A stretch of DNA of 64,000 bases from an uncultured delta proteobacterium (GCA_963771175.1 CAVYSY010000048.1:1-64000); one strand, 5' to 3'; shown: positions 1 through 14,183, counted from the stretch's first letter. The notes: generated from the letters alone by a model not told the origin. A program made the numbers and translations.

Positions 1-3306
<3,306 letters not shown>

Positions 3307-3531
3307 GCGGTCCCTTTGGGGTTGGGGGTTGGGCCTGGGAGTGGGCTCTGTCCCTTAATGTTGAGAAGCCCACTGAAACATTTCGGCGACACCTTACGCC
3401 GGAGGTGACCCGAGAGGAAAATCCGGGCCCGACGACTGGATGCCTGCTCACGCGTTCCCCCTGCGCACTCGTGGACACCTGTCTCACCGGACAGGTAGCG
3501 ATCACCGCTCGGAGATGATTGGCTGACCTCC

Positions 3532-4080
3532 ATGGCGCGCGCCCTGTTGCTGTCGCTGCTCGTGCGGCAGCACCTCGCACTGAAGGAAAAGTTCCGAGCC
3601 CGCTACCCGCACTCGTGGTTGGTGTGGGAGGAGGGCGTCTGGAATGTGCCGGAGAACAGTGAGCAGAACCACGGCACCACGCGGCTACCCACCTCGGAGC
3701 TGCGCGACTGTCTGCCGGCCGGGGACGCCATGTGCTTCGAGCTGGCCCCGGTCACCGGGCGAGACAGGCTGCCGCTGGGGCGCTCCTCGCACAACGTGAT
3801 TGTCGTCAACGACGCCACGGTGTCGCGCGAGCACCTGCTGCTTCACTCCCAGCCGGATGGGCGCTGGATGGTGGAGGCGCTGGCGCAGGGAGGGCCGGCG
3901 ATGCTCAGCGGGAAACAGCTGCGGCCCGGCCTGCCCACGCTGATCGAATCCGGCATGCAGCTCCAGCTCGGCGACGTGCGGCTCACCTTCCACGACGCCG
4001 AGAGCTTCCACACCCGAATGGGCCACACGGCCGCCCTGTTGATGGCGCAGCAGCGCGGGCCCCGGCAGAGCCCGGCCTGA
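3532..4080 (+). CDS. FHA domain protein
   Basis: LGRSSHNVIVVNDATVSREH (GR..S..H FHA signature) and LQLGDVRLTF C-terminal strand. Confidence 0.85.
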   Translation: MARALLLSLLVRQHLALKEKFRARYPHSWLVWEEGVWNVPENSEQNHGTTRLPTSELRDCLPAGDAMCFELAPVTGRDRLPLGRSSHNVIVVNDATVSREHLLLHSQPDGRWMVEALAQGGPAMLSGKQLRPGLPTLIESGMQLQLGDVRLTFHDAESFHTRMGHTAALLMAQQRGPRQSPA

Positions 4081-4110
4081 GCGGGGCACCCGTCGAGCGG
4101 GGCCTCGTCG

Positions 4111-4807
4111 CTAGCGGATGGTGCCCAGGCTGGTGGGGCGCGGCTCGGGAGCGGTGGCCGCGTAGATGATGCCCCCGGCGACAAGCGCCACGGCGCCCGC
4201 CCCCGCCCACACCCACCACTTCTTCGTCAGGCTTCTCGCCCTTCACCTCCGCCTCGGCGGTGGCCGCCGTCTTCGCCCGAGGCGTCAGGGTGCGCTTGCC
4301 CGCGCCCTCTTGCGCCCGGCGCGCGGCGATCGCCTCCGCCTGGGCCCGCAGCGCCGCGGCCCGAGCCTTATCCCTCGCCGTCTCCTCCCGCGTCAGGCGC
4401 CGCTCCTGCTCCTTGCGCACCACCTCGTCCATCTCCGCGATGAGCTCCCGCACCAGCGGGGCGTTGGACGGCTCCTCCTCCGAGAGGGACAGGTAGCGCC
4501 GGTAGAAGAAGCCGGCGCGCTCGGCATGGCCGAGCTGCCGGTGGCACTGAGCGATGTTGAAGAGGAAGCCCGGCAGCGGCATCAGCCGGTACGCCTCGCT
4601 GTAGGCATCCAGGGCCTTCTGGAACCTGGCCAGGTCGTAGGCGAGGTTACCCTCGACGAACTTCGCGCGGGCCACCGCCTCCGTGTCGGGCGCTCCCGCG
4701 TTCATGTTGGCGGCACCCGCGCCCAGGGGCGCCACGGCGAGCAGCCCGGCCACCAGCACCAGGAGGACGGAGCGCTCAGCGAGCGAACGGATCGATGACA
4801 TCATCAC
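4111..4807 (-). CDS. Secreted TPR protein with C-terminal membrane anchor (one frameshift near 4230)
   Basis: Signal peptide; TPR helices FVEGNLAYDLARFQKALDAYSEAY and LFNIAQCHRQLG. After the frameshift the sequence reads KKWWVWAGAGAVALVAGGIIYAATAPEPRPTSLGTIR-stop (TAG at 4111-4113). Confidence 0.75.
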
Positions 4808-6066
4808 GCATCCCTACCTTCTGCTTGCGGTGGGTGGTGGTCCGCACCGGACCGCGCGCCGCGCTCCGGGGCGAGGGAGCGCCTCCCGGAGCGAGGGGGG
4901 CCTCGAGGGTCTCGGGCGAGTCGAGCCGCGCATCCTGCCCGCTCGGGGTGCCGGAAGCCGGCGAGGTCACCGCGACCGGGAGCGGCTCCGTCCCCGCGTC
5001 CGGCCAGAGGGCGAGCCCCGCGCCGATCAGCGCCAGCGCGCCCGCGGCGATCGCCAGCCAGGTGCGCCGCGACCGGAGCGCGAATCCCGGCACCGACATC
5101 GGCAGGGTGGGCCGCTGGGCATCCAGGAGGGGCTCTGGCGCCACATCCACCAGCAGCGCGGTGATGACCTCGGCGAGCTGCCTCGGGCGATCCGCGGGCT
5201 CCTTGGCCAGGCAGCGCAGGGTGAGCTGGGCCAGGGACTGAGGCACCGGCTCGCCCGAGGGCGTGTGCGAGGGCAGCGGCGGCGGTGGCTCGGTGATGAT
5301 CTTCACCATGAGCTGGCCGAAGTTGGACGCCTGGTAGGGAGGCCGCCCGCTGAGCATCTCGTAGAGGACGGCCCCCACCGCGTGGATGTCGGCGCGGTGG
5401 TCCACCGGCAGGCCCGCGGCCTGCTCCGGCGACATGTACGTGGGGGTACCGATGAGGGTGCCGTCCAGCGTCCCGCTGGTGCTCTCGACGGTGAGGAGCT
5501 TGGCCACCCCGAAGTCGAGCACCTTGACGAAGTCCGCCTGCCCGCCCTTGTGGATGACGAAGAGGTTGTCCGGCTTGACGTCCCGGTGCACCACGCCGAG
5601 CTGGTGCGCCGCCCCCAGTGCCGCACACACCTGCACCGCCATGCGGCGGATGCGCAGGACGGAGAGCTGCTCCTCCTTCATGAGGTCGGAGAGGCTCTGC
5701 CCGCGCAGCAGCTCCATCACGCAGTAGACGTGGCCGTGCTGGGGGTCCTCGACGAAGTCGAAGATCTCCACGATGTGCTCGTGGTTGATCTGATTGACGG
5801 CGCGCGCTTCCTGGAAGAAGCGCTGCACGAAGGTGCCGTCATGGGCGAAGGTCGGGGCGCAGCACCTTGAGGGCCACCTGGCGCCCCAGCCGCACGTGGC
5901 GGGCCTGGAAGACCTGCCCCATGGAGCCCTCGCCCAGGAGGCGCTCCAGTTGGTAGCTGCCGAGGACATCCCCTTCGTGGAGCTCCGCGTCCACGACGGA
6001 TGAACCTCCGACGGCGTGGAAGATGCCAGAGAGAACCGTGCTCGAGCTGAGGTCGTCGCCACCCAT
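4776..6066 (-). CDS. Transmembrane Ser/Thr protein kinase (frameshift near 5860)
   Basis: LLGEGSMGQVF, VALKVL, HRDVKPDN, DFG, GTPTYMSPEQ; TM segment WLAIAAGALALIGAGLALW; C-terminal VIDPFAR. Overlaps the start of the TPR gene. Confidence 0.9.
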
Positions 6067-6244
6067 GGGCGGCAAACCTTTTCATCCTCTCAGGCCCCGG
6101 CAACCCACGGGCCTCCAGAGGTCGCGAGGGTGACGACTCTTCTGCCCCCCGGACGGACACAGTGTTCCGTCCGAGGGTGTGCGGAAGTGAGGAGGGGTCC
6201 GCCGGGTGACGGTGGACCTGCACGATCAGCCTACGAGAGGACGG

Positions 6245-7786
6245 CTAGGCACAGGTGGTGCCACTGCACTTGCCCGCCGTGCCGTCCGCTTTGCGACAGA
6301 GCGTATTGGCGGGGCAATCCGTGGTGTCCGCGCAATCGGTCTTGTTGTCGCCGTCGTTGTCGACGTTGTCGTCGCAGACGTTCTCCATCTTGGTGGTGCA
6401 GGTGTTGATGACGCAACCGAAGCCACATCTGCCCGTACCGCTGGTGCAGTTCGGGTCCGCGCCCTGCCCCGTGGTCCTGCAATCCGTTCCCTTGTCGCTG
6501 TCGTTGTTGATGCCGTCGGTGCAGTTGGCCTCGTCGAGCGCCCCCGGCGTGCTCACGGAGCAGACAGTGCCTGCGGTCGCCGCCACCACCCCGGCGCAGT
6601 CGGTGTCGTTGCAGTCCTTGGCGCCATCGCCGTCATTGTCGCTGTTGTCAGCGCAGTTGAACTCCACCCGCGCGCCGCCCTTGCACCGGGTCCCATCACC
6701 GAAGTTCTTGTAGGCGCAGTCGGAGTCCGCGCAGTCGCCCTGCCCGTCCCCGTCGTTGTCCTTCTGGTCACCGCAGTCGGACTCGAACTTCTGCCCGGCG
6801 CGGCAGATGCAGCCACCGAGGAGGCCGCAATCCTTGAGGTTGCAATCGGCGTCGGCGCAGTCGGTACCCTGGTTGTTGTCGTTGTCGAGGTTGTCTCTGC
6901 ACTCGGTCTCGGTGCGCTGGTTGCCCGCGCAGACACAGCCGGCGCCACACGCCTTGGTGTCGCAGTCCAGGTTGTCCGCGCAGTCGGTGGGGCCGTCACC
7001 GTCGTTGTCCTCGCCGTCGCCGCAGGCGCTCTCGCTCTTGCTCAGGTTCTTGCAGGTGCAGCCCCCCACGGTGGCGTTGCACTCCTTGCCGTCGCAGTCG
7101 GAGTCGATGCAGTCGGTGGTGCCGTCGGGCTCGTCGTCCGCGTCATCGCCGCACACCCCCTCGCCACGCGTGCCTCCGATGCAGATGCAGTTCGGGCCGC
7201 ACGACTGATTGTTGCAGTCCGTGTCCGCGCAGTCCTTCTTGCCGTCCCCGTCGTCATCCGCGTCATCGTTGCAGTCCAGCTCCGAGCGCTTCTGGCAGGA
7301 GCCATCGATACACGCGAAGTCGGTGCCGCAGGGATTGCCGCACCGGCCGCAGTTGGCCATGTCGGTCAGGAGATCGAACCCCTCGTCCGTCTGGCCATCG
7401 CAGTTATCGTCGAGGCCGTTGCACACCTCGGTGCCGGGCCGCACCTCGCCGGTGCACACCACCTCGCCCTTGGCGTTACAGGAAGACTTGCCGGCCTTGC
7501 AGGTCCCCTTTCCCTGGGTGCCCGTGGGGCCGCCGTAGCAGGGCGAGTCGGCCAGGTCGTCCTTCTGGCCATCGCAGTCATCATCGAGGCCGTTGCACAC
7601 CTCGAGGGTCGCCTTGCAGCAGTAGCCGCGCAGGCCCGTGCGGGGAACGCACACCACGCCCTGCTCGGCGCAATCGGCGGCCGTGTCGCACGCGAAGAGG
7701 GTGTCGTCCGGCAGCTCCGGCACCCAGCACCCCGCGGCGGACACCGCGAGCAGGAGACAGCAAAGGAGAGAAGAGAAGGACTTCAT
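6245..7786 (-). CDS. Cys/Asp-rich repeat lipoprotein (MopE-type putative metal-binding motifs + DNDGDG..DCAD.DC repeats)
   Basis: Lipobox SAAGC; two EVCNGLDD.CDG motifs; DMANCGRCGNPC; about 8 E..C.D..DNDGDG..DC.D.DC repeats. Confidence 0.8.
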   Translation of the reverse strand: MKSFSSLLCCLLLAVSAAGCWVPELPDDTLFACDTAADCAEQGVVCVPRTGLRGYCCKATLEVCNGLDDDCDGQKDDLADSPCYGGPTGTQGKGTCKAGKSSCNAKGEVVCTGEVRPGTEVCNGLDDNCDGQTDEGFDLLTDMANCGRCGNPCGTDFACIDGSCQKRSELDCNDDADDDGDGKKDCADTDCNNQSCGPNCICIGGTRGEGVCGDDADDEPDGTTDCIDSDCDGKECNATVGGCTCKNLSKSESACGDGEDNDGDGPTDCADNLDCDTKACGAGCVCAGNQRTETECRDNLDNDNNQGTDCADADCNLKDCGLLGGCICRAGQKFESDCGDQKDNDGDGQGDCADSDCAYKNFGDGTRCKGGARVEFNCADNSDNDGDGAKDCNDTDCAGVVAATAGTVCSVSTPGALDEANCTDGINNDSDKGTDCRTTGQGADPNCTSGTGRCGFGCVINTCTTKMENVCDDNVDNDGDNKTDCADTTDCPANTLCRKADGTAGKCSGTTCA

Positions 7787-7788
7787 GT

Positions 7789-9071
7789 TCAGAAGCTCCC
7801 GCCAATCACGAGGTGGAGGGCCGTGCCGCCGGTGCCGCCCGTCCCGCTGGACACGGGGCCCAGTGACGAGGACGGCGGCGCGGAGCGGGCCGGGACGATG
7901 ATGAGCCACAAGAGACTGCCGCCGGCCAACGCGCCGCCGCCCGCCATGAGGGCCGAGGAGATCGCCGACTGCTGCCGGGCGGCTTCGTACTCGCGCCGGG
8001 TGACGCCCACAACGCCATTGCCATCCGGCGTCCGCGCGAGATCGGCCACGCTCTTCGCGCTCGTGCCGAGCACCACGCCCACGCCCACCGCCGCCAGCCC
8101 CACCATCGCGGTGTAGAACGCGGGACGGCTGAAGACGGAGGACTCGCCGGAGGACTTGCTCGACTTCTTCTTCTTCACGCCCGCCACCGCGTCCGCCGGA
8201 GGCCCTTCCGGCGCGGGGCCGTTGAGCTCCAGCCGCACCTGCACCTCCTCCGTCTGGCCGGGGGTGAGCGTCACCGACTTCGTATAGGGGGTGTACTCAT
8301 CGGCCTCGACGATGAGCTGTACCTCGCCGGGCGGCAGCTTCGCCTCGACGGTGCCCACGCCCAGCATGCGCTCGCCCACGCGCACCACGGCCTGCGACAC
8401 GTTGACGGACACCTTCAGCAGGGAGCGCGGCCTGGCCAGCTCCGACACCCGCTTCGCCAGCGTGTCGCCAGCCTGACGGATGAAGTTGCTGTCCGCCGGC
8501 TTGCGGCCCGTCACCACGTCCGTCTCCACCACGCCCCGGTCCCGATTGTACGTCCACAGCCGCAGCGTCCAGCCCCCGTCCTCCAGCGCCAGGCGCGCGG
8601 TGGTGAGCAGGTCCGCATCGAGCGTGTCGGCGAAGCCCTTGAAGCACTCGACCGACTCGCAGCGCAGGGTGTTCTCGTACCTCCGCCTCGAGCTGCTGCG
8701 GGACCTCGTCACATCGGCGCCACTGGCCACCTGGCCGGTGCGCAGCACCTGGGACTGGAGCCACCCCACCCACCGCTTCGCCACCGCGGCACCGGCGCGA
8801 TCGGGCGTGTCCAGGCCCACCAGCACGTAGCGCGGCTGCAGGTCCGCGCCCGGCGAGTCCGCGCTCGGCGTGCCCGCGCTCAGGTCCAGTCCCAGGCCGC
8901 CCGACTCCTGCGGGGCGCCCTCCGTGGCGTCCGGTGAGGGCTGCTCCTCGGCGGCTGGGTGGTCGCATCGCCGGAGAGGTCCAGCCCGAGACCGCCCTCC
9001 TGAGCACTGGCCGGGCCGGCGGTCAGCGCGAGCGCCAGCAGGCCGGCCATATACACGACGGGAATACGCAT
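7789..9071 (-). CDS. PEGA domain protein (frameshift near 8960)
   Basis: Signal peptide MRIPVVYMAGLLALALTAGPASA; PEGA-like LKVSVNVSQAVVRVG...LPPGEVQLIVEADEY...VTLTPGQ; C-terminal TM hairpin and LVIGGSF end. Confidence 0.75.
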
Positions 9072-9156
9072 GGGCTCTGTTGTATCGCGAACAGAGCCCG
9101 CTGCGGAGCACCCCAGGCCCCAACACCACACGCCCTTGCAACGGGGGCGAGCGGGG

Positions 9157-9223
9157 GACTTACGGACGTCCGCAAGTCATGTAGGCAAAAGCACACCTCA
9201 CTTACGGACGTCTGTAAGTGAGG
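9157..9223. repeat. Two near-perfect palindromes sharing the core ACTTACGGACGTCYGYAAGT (REP-like)
   Basis: GACTTACGGACGTCCGCAAGTC (9157-9178) and CCTCACTTACGGACGTCTGTAAGTGAGG (9196-9223), each with a single mismatch. Confidence 0.75.
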
Positions 9224-9244
9224 CGCGCGAAGGCGGTATCCAGG

Positions 9245-9283
9245 GGAAGGAACCCGCCAGCGGTGGACATGAGGGTTCCTTCC
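9245..9283 (-). terminator. Stem-loop downstream of the imm52 gene
   Basis: GGAAGGAACCC (9245-9255) pairs with GGGTTCCTTCC (9273-9283); 17-nt loop; no clear U-tract. Confidence 0.4.
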
Positions 9284-9313
9284 GCGGGCCTCGTGCCTCC
9301 CGTTCTCGTTCTG

Positions 9314-10060
9314 TTACTCGCTGACGGCGGGCGCGGGTTGGGGAAGCTCGATGAGCCCCGCCCGGTCCAGCAGCTCGCGCACGCGCCGGGTGAAGGCCAC
9401 ATGTTCGGGGTTGCTGGCCGTCATGGGCTCAGGGGAGAGGACGAGGAGCCAGCCCAGCGTGCCCACCGGCTCGATGCGCACGGGCGCCGGCAGCGGCGGC
9501 ACCTTGCCCCGTCGGCGCGACAGGTACGTCAACCAGCCCACCCGCACCTCGGACCTGCCCTCCTCCACCAGGTCCACCATCTCGGTTGAAGAAGCCATGG
9601 CGAATTCGGGGTCCCACGCCTTGGCCATGCTGGTGAGCACTTCCGTCAGGACGGCATTGCGCAGCAGCCGCTCCCGTACCGCGCACTCGCTGGTCAGCTT
9701 GAGCAGGCAGATGTTGGGATGGCTCCACGGCGAGTATTTGCCGCAAGAAAGATGGAGATCGGAGGCCCCCTCCTTCGCATTCCACATGATCCGGCTGAAA
9801 CCCAGCTCCTCGATGACTTCCTTGTCGACGGTCGCACGGTTCCTGCTCTGCAGGAGGAGCTTCTCCAATTCCATCACCTCCGGGAGGACAGGCCAGCCCG
9901 GCAGCTCGCGGGGGGCGCCACGGCCTGACCGGTACCACTGGGTGAACGACGGGTCACACCGCGCCAGCATGTGGAAGAAGAGCTCCGCGCGCCGGGCGCA
10001 CTCCCGCGCCGTCTCCCTCCGTGGGCCCCAGTACGCCCCCACGTAGTAGTCCTCCTGCAT
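9314..10060 (-). CDS. Immunity protein 52 (Imm52) family
   Basis: YYVGAYWGPRRETARECARR N-terminus, WDPEFA, VGWLTYLS, LPAPVRIEPVGTLG, NPEHV are characteristic of myxobacterial Imm52 proteins. Confidence 0.8.
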   Translation of the reverse strand: MQEDYYVGAYWGPRRETARECARRAELFFHMLARCDPSFTQWYRSGRGAPRELPGWPVLPEVMELEKLLLQSRNRATVDKEVIEELGFSRIMWNAKEGASDLHLSCGKYSPWSHPNICLLKLTSECAVRERLLRNAVLTEVLTSMAKAWDPEFAMASSTEMVDLVEEGRSEVRVGWLTYLSRRRGKVPPLPAPVRIEPVGTLGWLLVLSPEPMTASNPEHVAFTRRVRELLDRAGLIELPQPAPAVSE

Positions 10061-10285
10061 GCGTGCTCATCCCCTACCGTGCTGGTAATCCCGAGCAGTC
10101 TTGTACCCGGCCAGCTCCGTCAGTTTCCGGTCCACGATGTGGTTGTAGAGCATTGCCAATCTGGTGCGCGGAAGTGAGCGCCACGAATCGCCGTGGGGAC
10201 GTGCAGGCGCCCAAGCCGGCAGGACGAGGCCTTGATGAACACGAGGCCCGGGATACCCGCCTGTCGGCTGAAGCCAGTTCGGACG

Positions 10286-11449
10286 TCAACCCGCCCGGGA
10301 GGCGAGGTAGCGCGCCAGGGCCTGCGCTTTGGGAATCAAGGTATCCACCTCGATGAACTCCTCCACCGTGTGGAAGCCCTTGCCCCGAGGCCCCAGCCCG
10401 TCGATGGACGGAATCCCCATGGAGGACGAGGTGCTGGCGTCCGAGCCACCGCCCACCAGCGCCGCCTCGCCATGCCCCAGCCCGGAGGCATGGGCGCACG
10501 TGCCATACGCCGCCATCAGCGCCGCGGAGGCCTCGGTGCGCTCCAAGGGCTCGCGGGCCACCCCGCCGCTCACCTCGATGCGGGTGCCCGGGACACTGGC
10601 CGCCGCCTCCTCGGCCGCCTGGCGGAAGCGCCGCACCAGCTCCTCCCCGTCCGCGCGGGTGCAGAAGCGCAGGTCCACCTCGGCCACCGCGTGGTCCGGC
10701 ACCGTGTTCTTCCCCTGCCCGCCCGTCACCTTGCCCACGTTGACGGTGAGGCCGCGGGGGTAGTCGGTGAACTGCTGCACCCGGTCCACGAAGCGGGCGA
10801 GCGCCCAGAGGGCATTGGCCCCCTCCTGGTGGGCATTGCCCGCGTGGGCGGCCTTGCCGTGCGCCACCGCGGTGGCCATGCCGGTGCCCTTGCGCCGGGT
10901 GATGATGGCGTCCCCGGCCCGGCCGGACTCGAAGACGAGGCAGGCGTCCGCGCCGGCAATCGCCTGGCGGATGACACCCGCGCCCTCGGGCGAGCCCACC
11001 TCCTCGTCCGACACCACCACCAGCCGCAGCGGCGGCAGCTTCTCCAGGCCCCCCGAGGCCGCCAGGGCCTTGAGCGCCCAGGCGATGGTGACGAGGCCGC
11101 CCTTCATGTCCAGCACGCCGGGGCCGCGCCGCAGCGCCCCGTCCTCGCGGTAGCCCTCGAACTTGCCCGGGGGGAACACCGTGTCGAGGTGGCCCACCAG
11201 CGCCACCGGCTCGAGCCCCGCCCGCCCCTCCGAGCGGAATACGAGGTGGTCCGCGTAGCGCTTGCTCGGCACCACCTCGGCCACCAGCCCGGGAATGGCG
11301 AGCTGCTCGCGCAGCAGGGCACCGACCTTGCGCCCGCCCTCCGCGTTCTCCGTCCAGGAGTTGAGCTCCACCAGCGCGGCGAGCGCCTCCTCCATCTCCC
11401 CTAGCCTGCCCACCAACCAGCTGGCCGCCGCTTCACCTATCTCGCGCAT
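10286..11449 (-). CDS. M20 family metallopeptidase (glutamate carboxypeptidase-like)
   Basis: GHLDTVF, GPGVLDMKGG, SDEEVGS, HGKAAHAG, GGGSDA, DGLGP.G.GFHT. Confidence 0.9.
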   Translation of the reverse strand: MREIGEAAASWLVGRLGEMEEALAALVELNSWTENAEGGRKVGALLREQLAIPGLVAEVVPSKRYADHLVFRSEGRAGLEPVALVGHLDTVFPPGKFEGYREDGALRRGPGVLDMKGGLVTIAWALKALAASGGLEKLPPLRLVVVSDEEVGSPEGAGVIRQAIAGADACLVFESGRAGDAIITRRKGTGMATAVAHGKAAHAGNAHQEGANALWALARFVDRVQQFTDYPRGLTVNVGKVTGGQGKNTVPDHAVAEVDLRFCTRADGEELVRRFRQAAEEAAASVPGTRIEVSGGVAREPLERTEASAALMAAYGTCAHASGLGHGEAALVGGGSDASTSSSMGIPSIDGLGPRGKGFHTVEEFIEVDTLIPKAQALARYLASRAG

Positions 11450-11639
11450 CGTCTTCGGCCTCCCGCCAAGAAAACCCCGGGGCGCATCCCCGGTTGGACC
11501 CCGGGCATATGCCAGGCCCCCGGCTCCAGGGAAGGTGCCCCGGCGCCCGCCCGCCCGGCACGCCAGCGGAGGCGGCTCGGGGGAAGGAAACTTGCCGGGG
11601 ACGGTGAGGGTCCGCACCTCAAGGATAGGAGGACGAACG

Positions 11640-12074
11640 ATGGCGGACGCGCTGTGGATACTGGTGGCCAATTCGAGCCGGGCCAAGCTCTTCGCGACGG
11701 ATGAGCGGGCCGAGAGGTGGGACTTGCGCGAGGAGTTCCTGCACGAGGAGAGCCGGACCTTCTCCCGCACCCTCCTCAATCAGCCGGACAACCCCAACGC
11801 GGGCTCCCTGCACAAACCCCAGCCCGAGAGCGAGCCGGATGCTCGCCAGCAGCTCGAGCATGACCGCTTCGCTCGCGAGCTCGCCGCGCGGCTGGAGCGG
11901 GGCCTCAACGACCGTGCCTATGACCGGATAGTCATCGCCGCCCCACCGAGCTTCCTCGGCTTGCTGCGCAAGCACATCAGCCAGCGCGTCCACCAGCGGC
12001 TGATGCTGGACATGCGCGCGGACTACGTGAACGTGCCCATCCGGGAACTGCCCGAGCGCATCCCGCTCTCCTAG
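11640..12074 (+). CDS. Host attachment protein family (AtsE / baeRF-like)
   Basis: WILVANSSRAKLF...FARELA..LE...IVIAAPPSFLGLLRK; SD AGGAGG upstream. Confidence 0.85.
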   Translation: MADALWILVANSSRAKLFATDERAERWDLREEFLHEESRTFSRTLLNQPDNPNAGSLHKPQPESEPDARQQLEHDRFARELAARLERGLNDRAYDRIVIAAPPSFLGLLRKHISQRVHQRLMLDMRADYVNVPIRELPERIPLS

Positions 12075-12275
12075 GTAGGGAAGCGGGCAGGCATTGCGCC
12101 CGGTAGCCTCTCGCTGGCTCCGGGCGCCCTCCTCCCGAAGTCTCACAATCCCCTACACGTCCATGTCCCGGGGGGAGCCCTCCCACCGGGCGTGCTCCGT
12201 GGTACAGGTGGGGTGCTCGTCCGGTGGAACCCAGTCGCCCACCGACGACACCACCGTGCGGACGTAACGAGATTC

Positions 12276-14172
12276 ATGAGACTTCCCCTGATCGGTACCC
12301 TCAAGCTGCGTGGCCGCCTGACGCTGTACGTCACCCTGTTGGCCATCGTGCCGCTGCTGGCCTCCACCTGGCTGGGGGCGGGCGCCACCCGGATGATGAT
12401 GGAGGCGCAGGTCCACGACATGCTCCGCATAGAGGCCGAGGGCCTGAAGGACCTGGTCGAGGCCTCGCTGGGGGAGCGCGAGACGAGCGTGCGGAGCTGG
12501 GCCGAAGACGCGCTGCTGCGCGAGGCGCTGCGCACGGACAGCTACGAGCAGAGCGACGCGGTGCTGTCGCGGCTGCAGCTGCGCTACACCACCTTCACCG
12601 GCCTGGTGCTCTTCACCGAGGAGGGCCGGGCCGTCTCCGCCAGCACTCCGGCGTTGAGGGACTCCTTCACGGGCCAGGAGGAGGCGGTGCGCGATGCGCC
12701 CTGGTTCAAGGCGGCCCAGGAGGGGCGCTTCACCAGCACGACACTCACCCAGGAAGACCCCGTCTTCGGCATGCAGGTGCTGCACCTGGCCGCCCCGGTG
12801 ATGGACTCGCGAGGCGGGCGGCGCCTGGGCGTGCTGCTGGCGGCCTATGACTGGGGCCAGGTGGGCGAGGTGGTGAAGGCGGCGCTGGCCCGTGCCCGCT
12901 CGCGCAAGAACGACAGCTTCGCCCTCGAGGTGCGCACGGAGGCGGGCACCCTGCTCTTCGACTCGCGCGGCCCGGATGCCTGGAGCATGCCCAATCCCGT
13001 GATCGCCGAGGCCATCAACGGGCCGGAGATCGCGGACGTGGGGGACGGCTGGCGCTTCGTGGCGCTCGCGGACCCGGAGGAGGTCTACGCCCCCGTCAAC
13101 AAGCTGAGCACCGGCGTGACGCTGACGGTGCCCGTGGTGCTGGTGGTGGTGGCGCTGGCCGCCTTCCTGCTGGCGCGCGGCATCAGCCTCCCCATCACCC
13201 GGCTGAATCAGGCGATGCGCCGCATCGTGCAGGAGGGAGACCTCACCCAGAAGCTCGAGGTGCACACGAGCGACGAGGTGGGCGAGCTGGCCGAGTCCTT
13301 CGGCCAGGTGGTGCACAACCTGCGCGAGACGACCCAGAGCCTGCAGCGCGGCACGCAGGTGCTCACCAACACCGTGGCCGAGCTGACGCTCGCCTCCCAG
13401 CGGGCGGAGAACAACATCACCCGCCAGGCGGCGGCGCTGCAGCAGACGCAGGTGACGGCGCAGGAGATCAAGCAGACGTCGATGGTGGCCGCGGAGCGGG
13501 CGGACGCGGTGCTCAAGGTGGCCACGAGCGCCGATGAGCTGGGCCGCGGCGGCGCTCTCGCCCTCACGGAGACCATGAACGGCTTCCAGGAGATGCGCGA
13601 TCAGGTGAACAAGATGGCCGAGCACATCGGCCAGCTCAACGAGCGCGCCCGGCAGATCGGCGGCATCACCCAGACGGTGAAGAGCCTGGCGGACCGCTCC
13701 AACATGCTGGCGCTCAACGCGGCCATCGAGTCGGTGCGCTCCGGCGAGCACGGCAAGGGCTTCGGCATCGTGGCGCAAGGAAATCCGCACCCTGGCCAAC
13801 CAGTCCATCCAGTCCACCGTGCAGGTGAGCACCATCCTGGATGACATCACCCAGGCCATCCTCCAGACGGTGCAGCTCAGCGAGCAGGGTCAGCAGCGGA
13901 CGGAGGCGGGCCTGGCGCAGGCGCGCTCCAGCGCCGACAGCCTCCGGGCGCTGAGCGAAATCGTTCAGGACAACATGGGCGCGGTGAGGCAGATCGCCGG
14001 CGCGGTGAACCAGCAGAACGCCGGCATCGCGGAGATCTTCAGCGCCATGACGGACCTCTCCACCATGATGCACGACACCATGGAGGGGCTGCAGGCCACC
14101 CAGGAAGTCACCCAGGCGTTGCGCGACGTCGCCGAGCAGATGCAGCAGGTGGCGCGCAGCTACCGGGTGTAG
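12276..14172 (+). CDS. Methyl-accepting chemotaxis protein (Cache-type sensor, HAMP, signalling domain; frameshift near 13780)
   Basis: Two TM helices; HAMP motif DEVGELAESF; hairpin SNMLALNAAIESVRSGEHGKGFGIVA; continues in another frame to YRV-stop. Confidence 0.9.
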
Positions 14173-14183
14173 AAAGGGGAGCC

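Noticed and set aside
6245..7650. Regularly spaced DNA repeats resembling an array or CRISPR
   Set aside because: They are degenerate in-frame protein repeats (DNDGDG..DCAD). There are no identical direct repeats with unique spacers and no cas genes. The kelch repeats at 59000-59950 are likewise coding.
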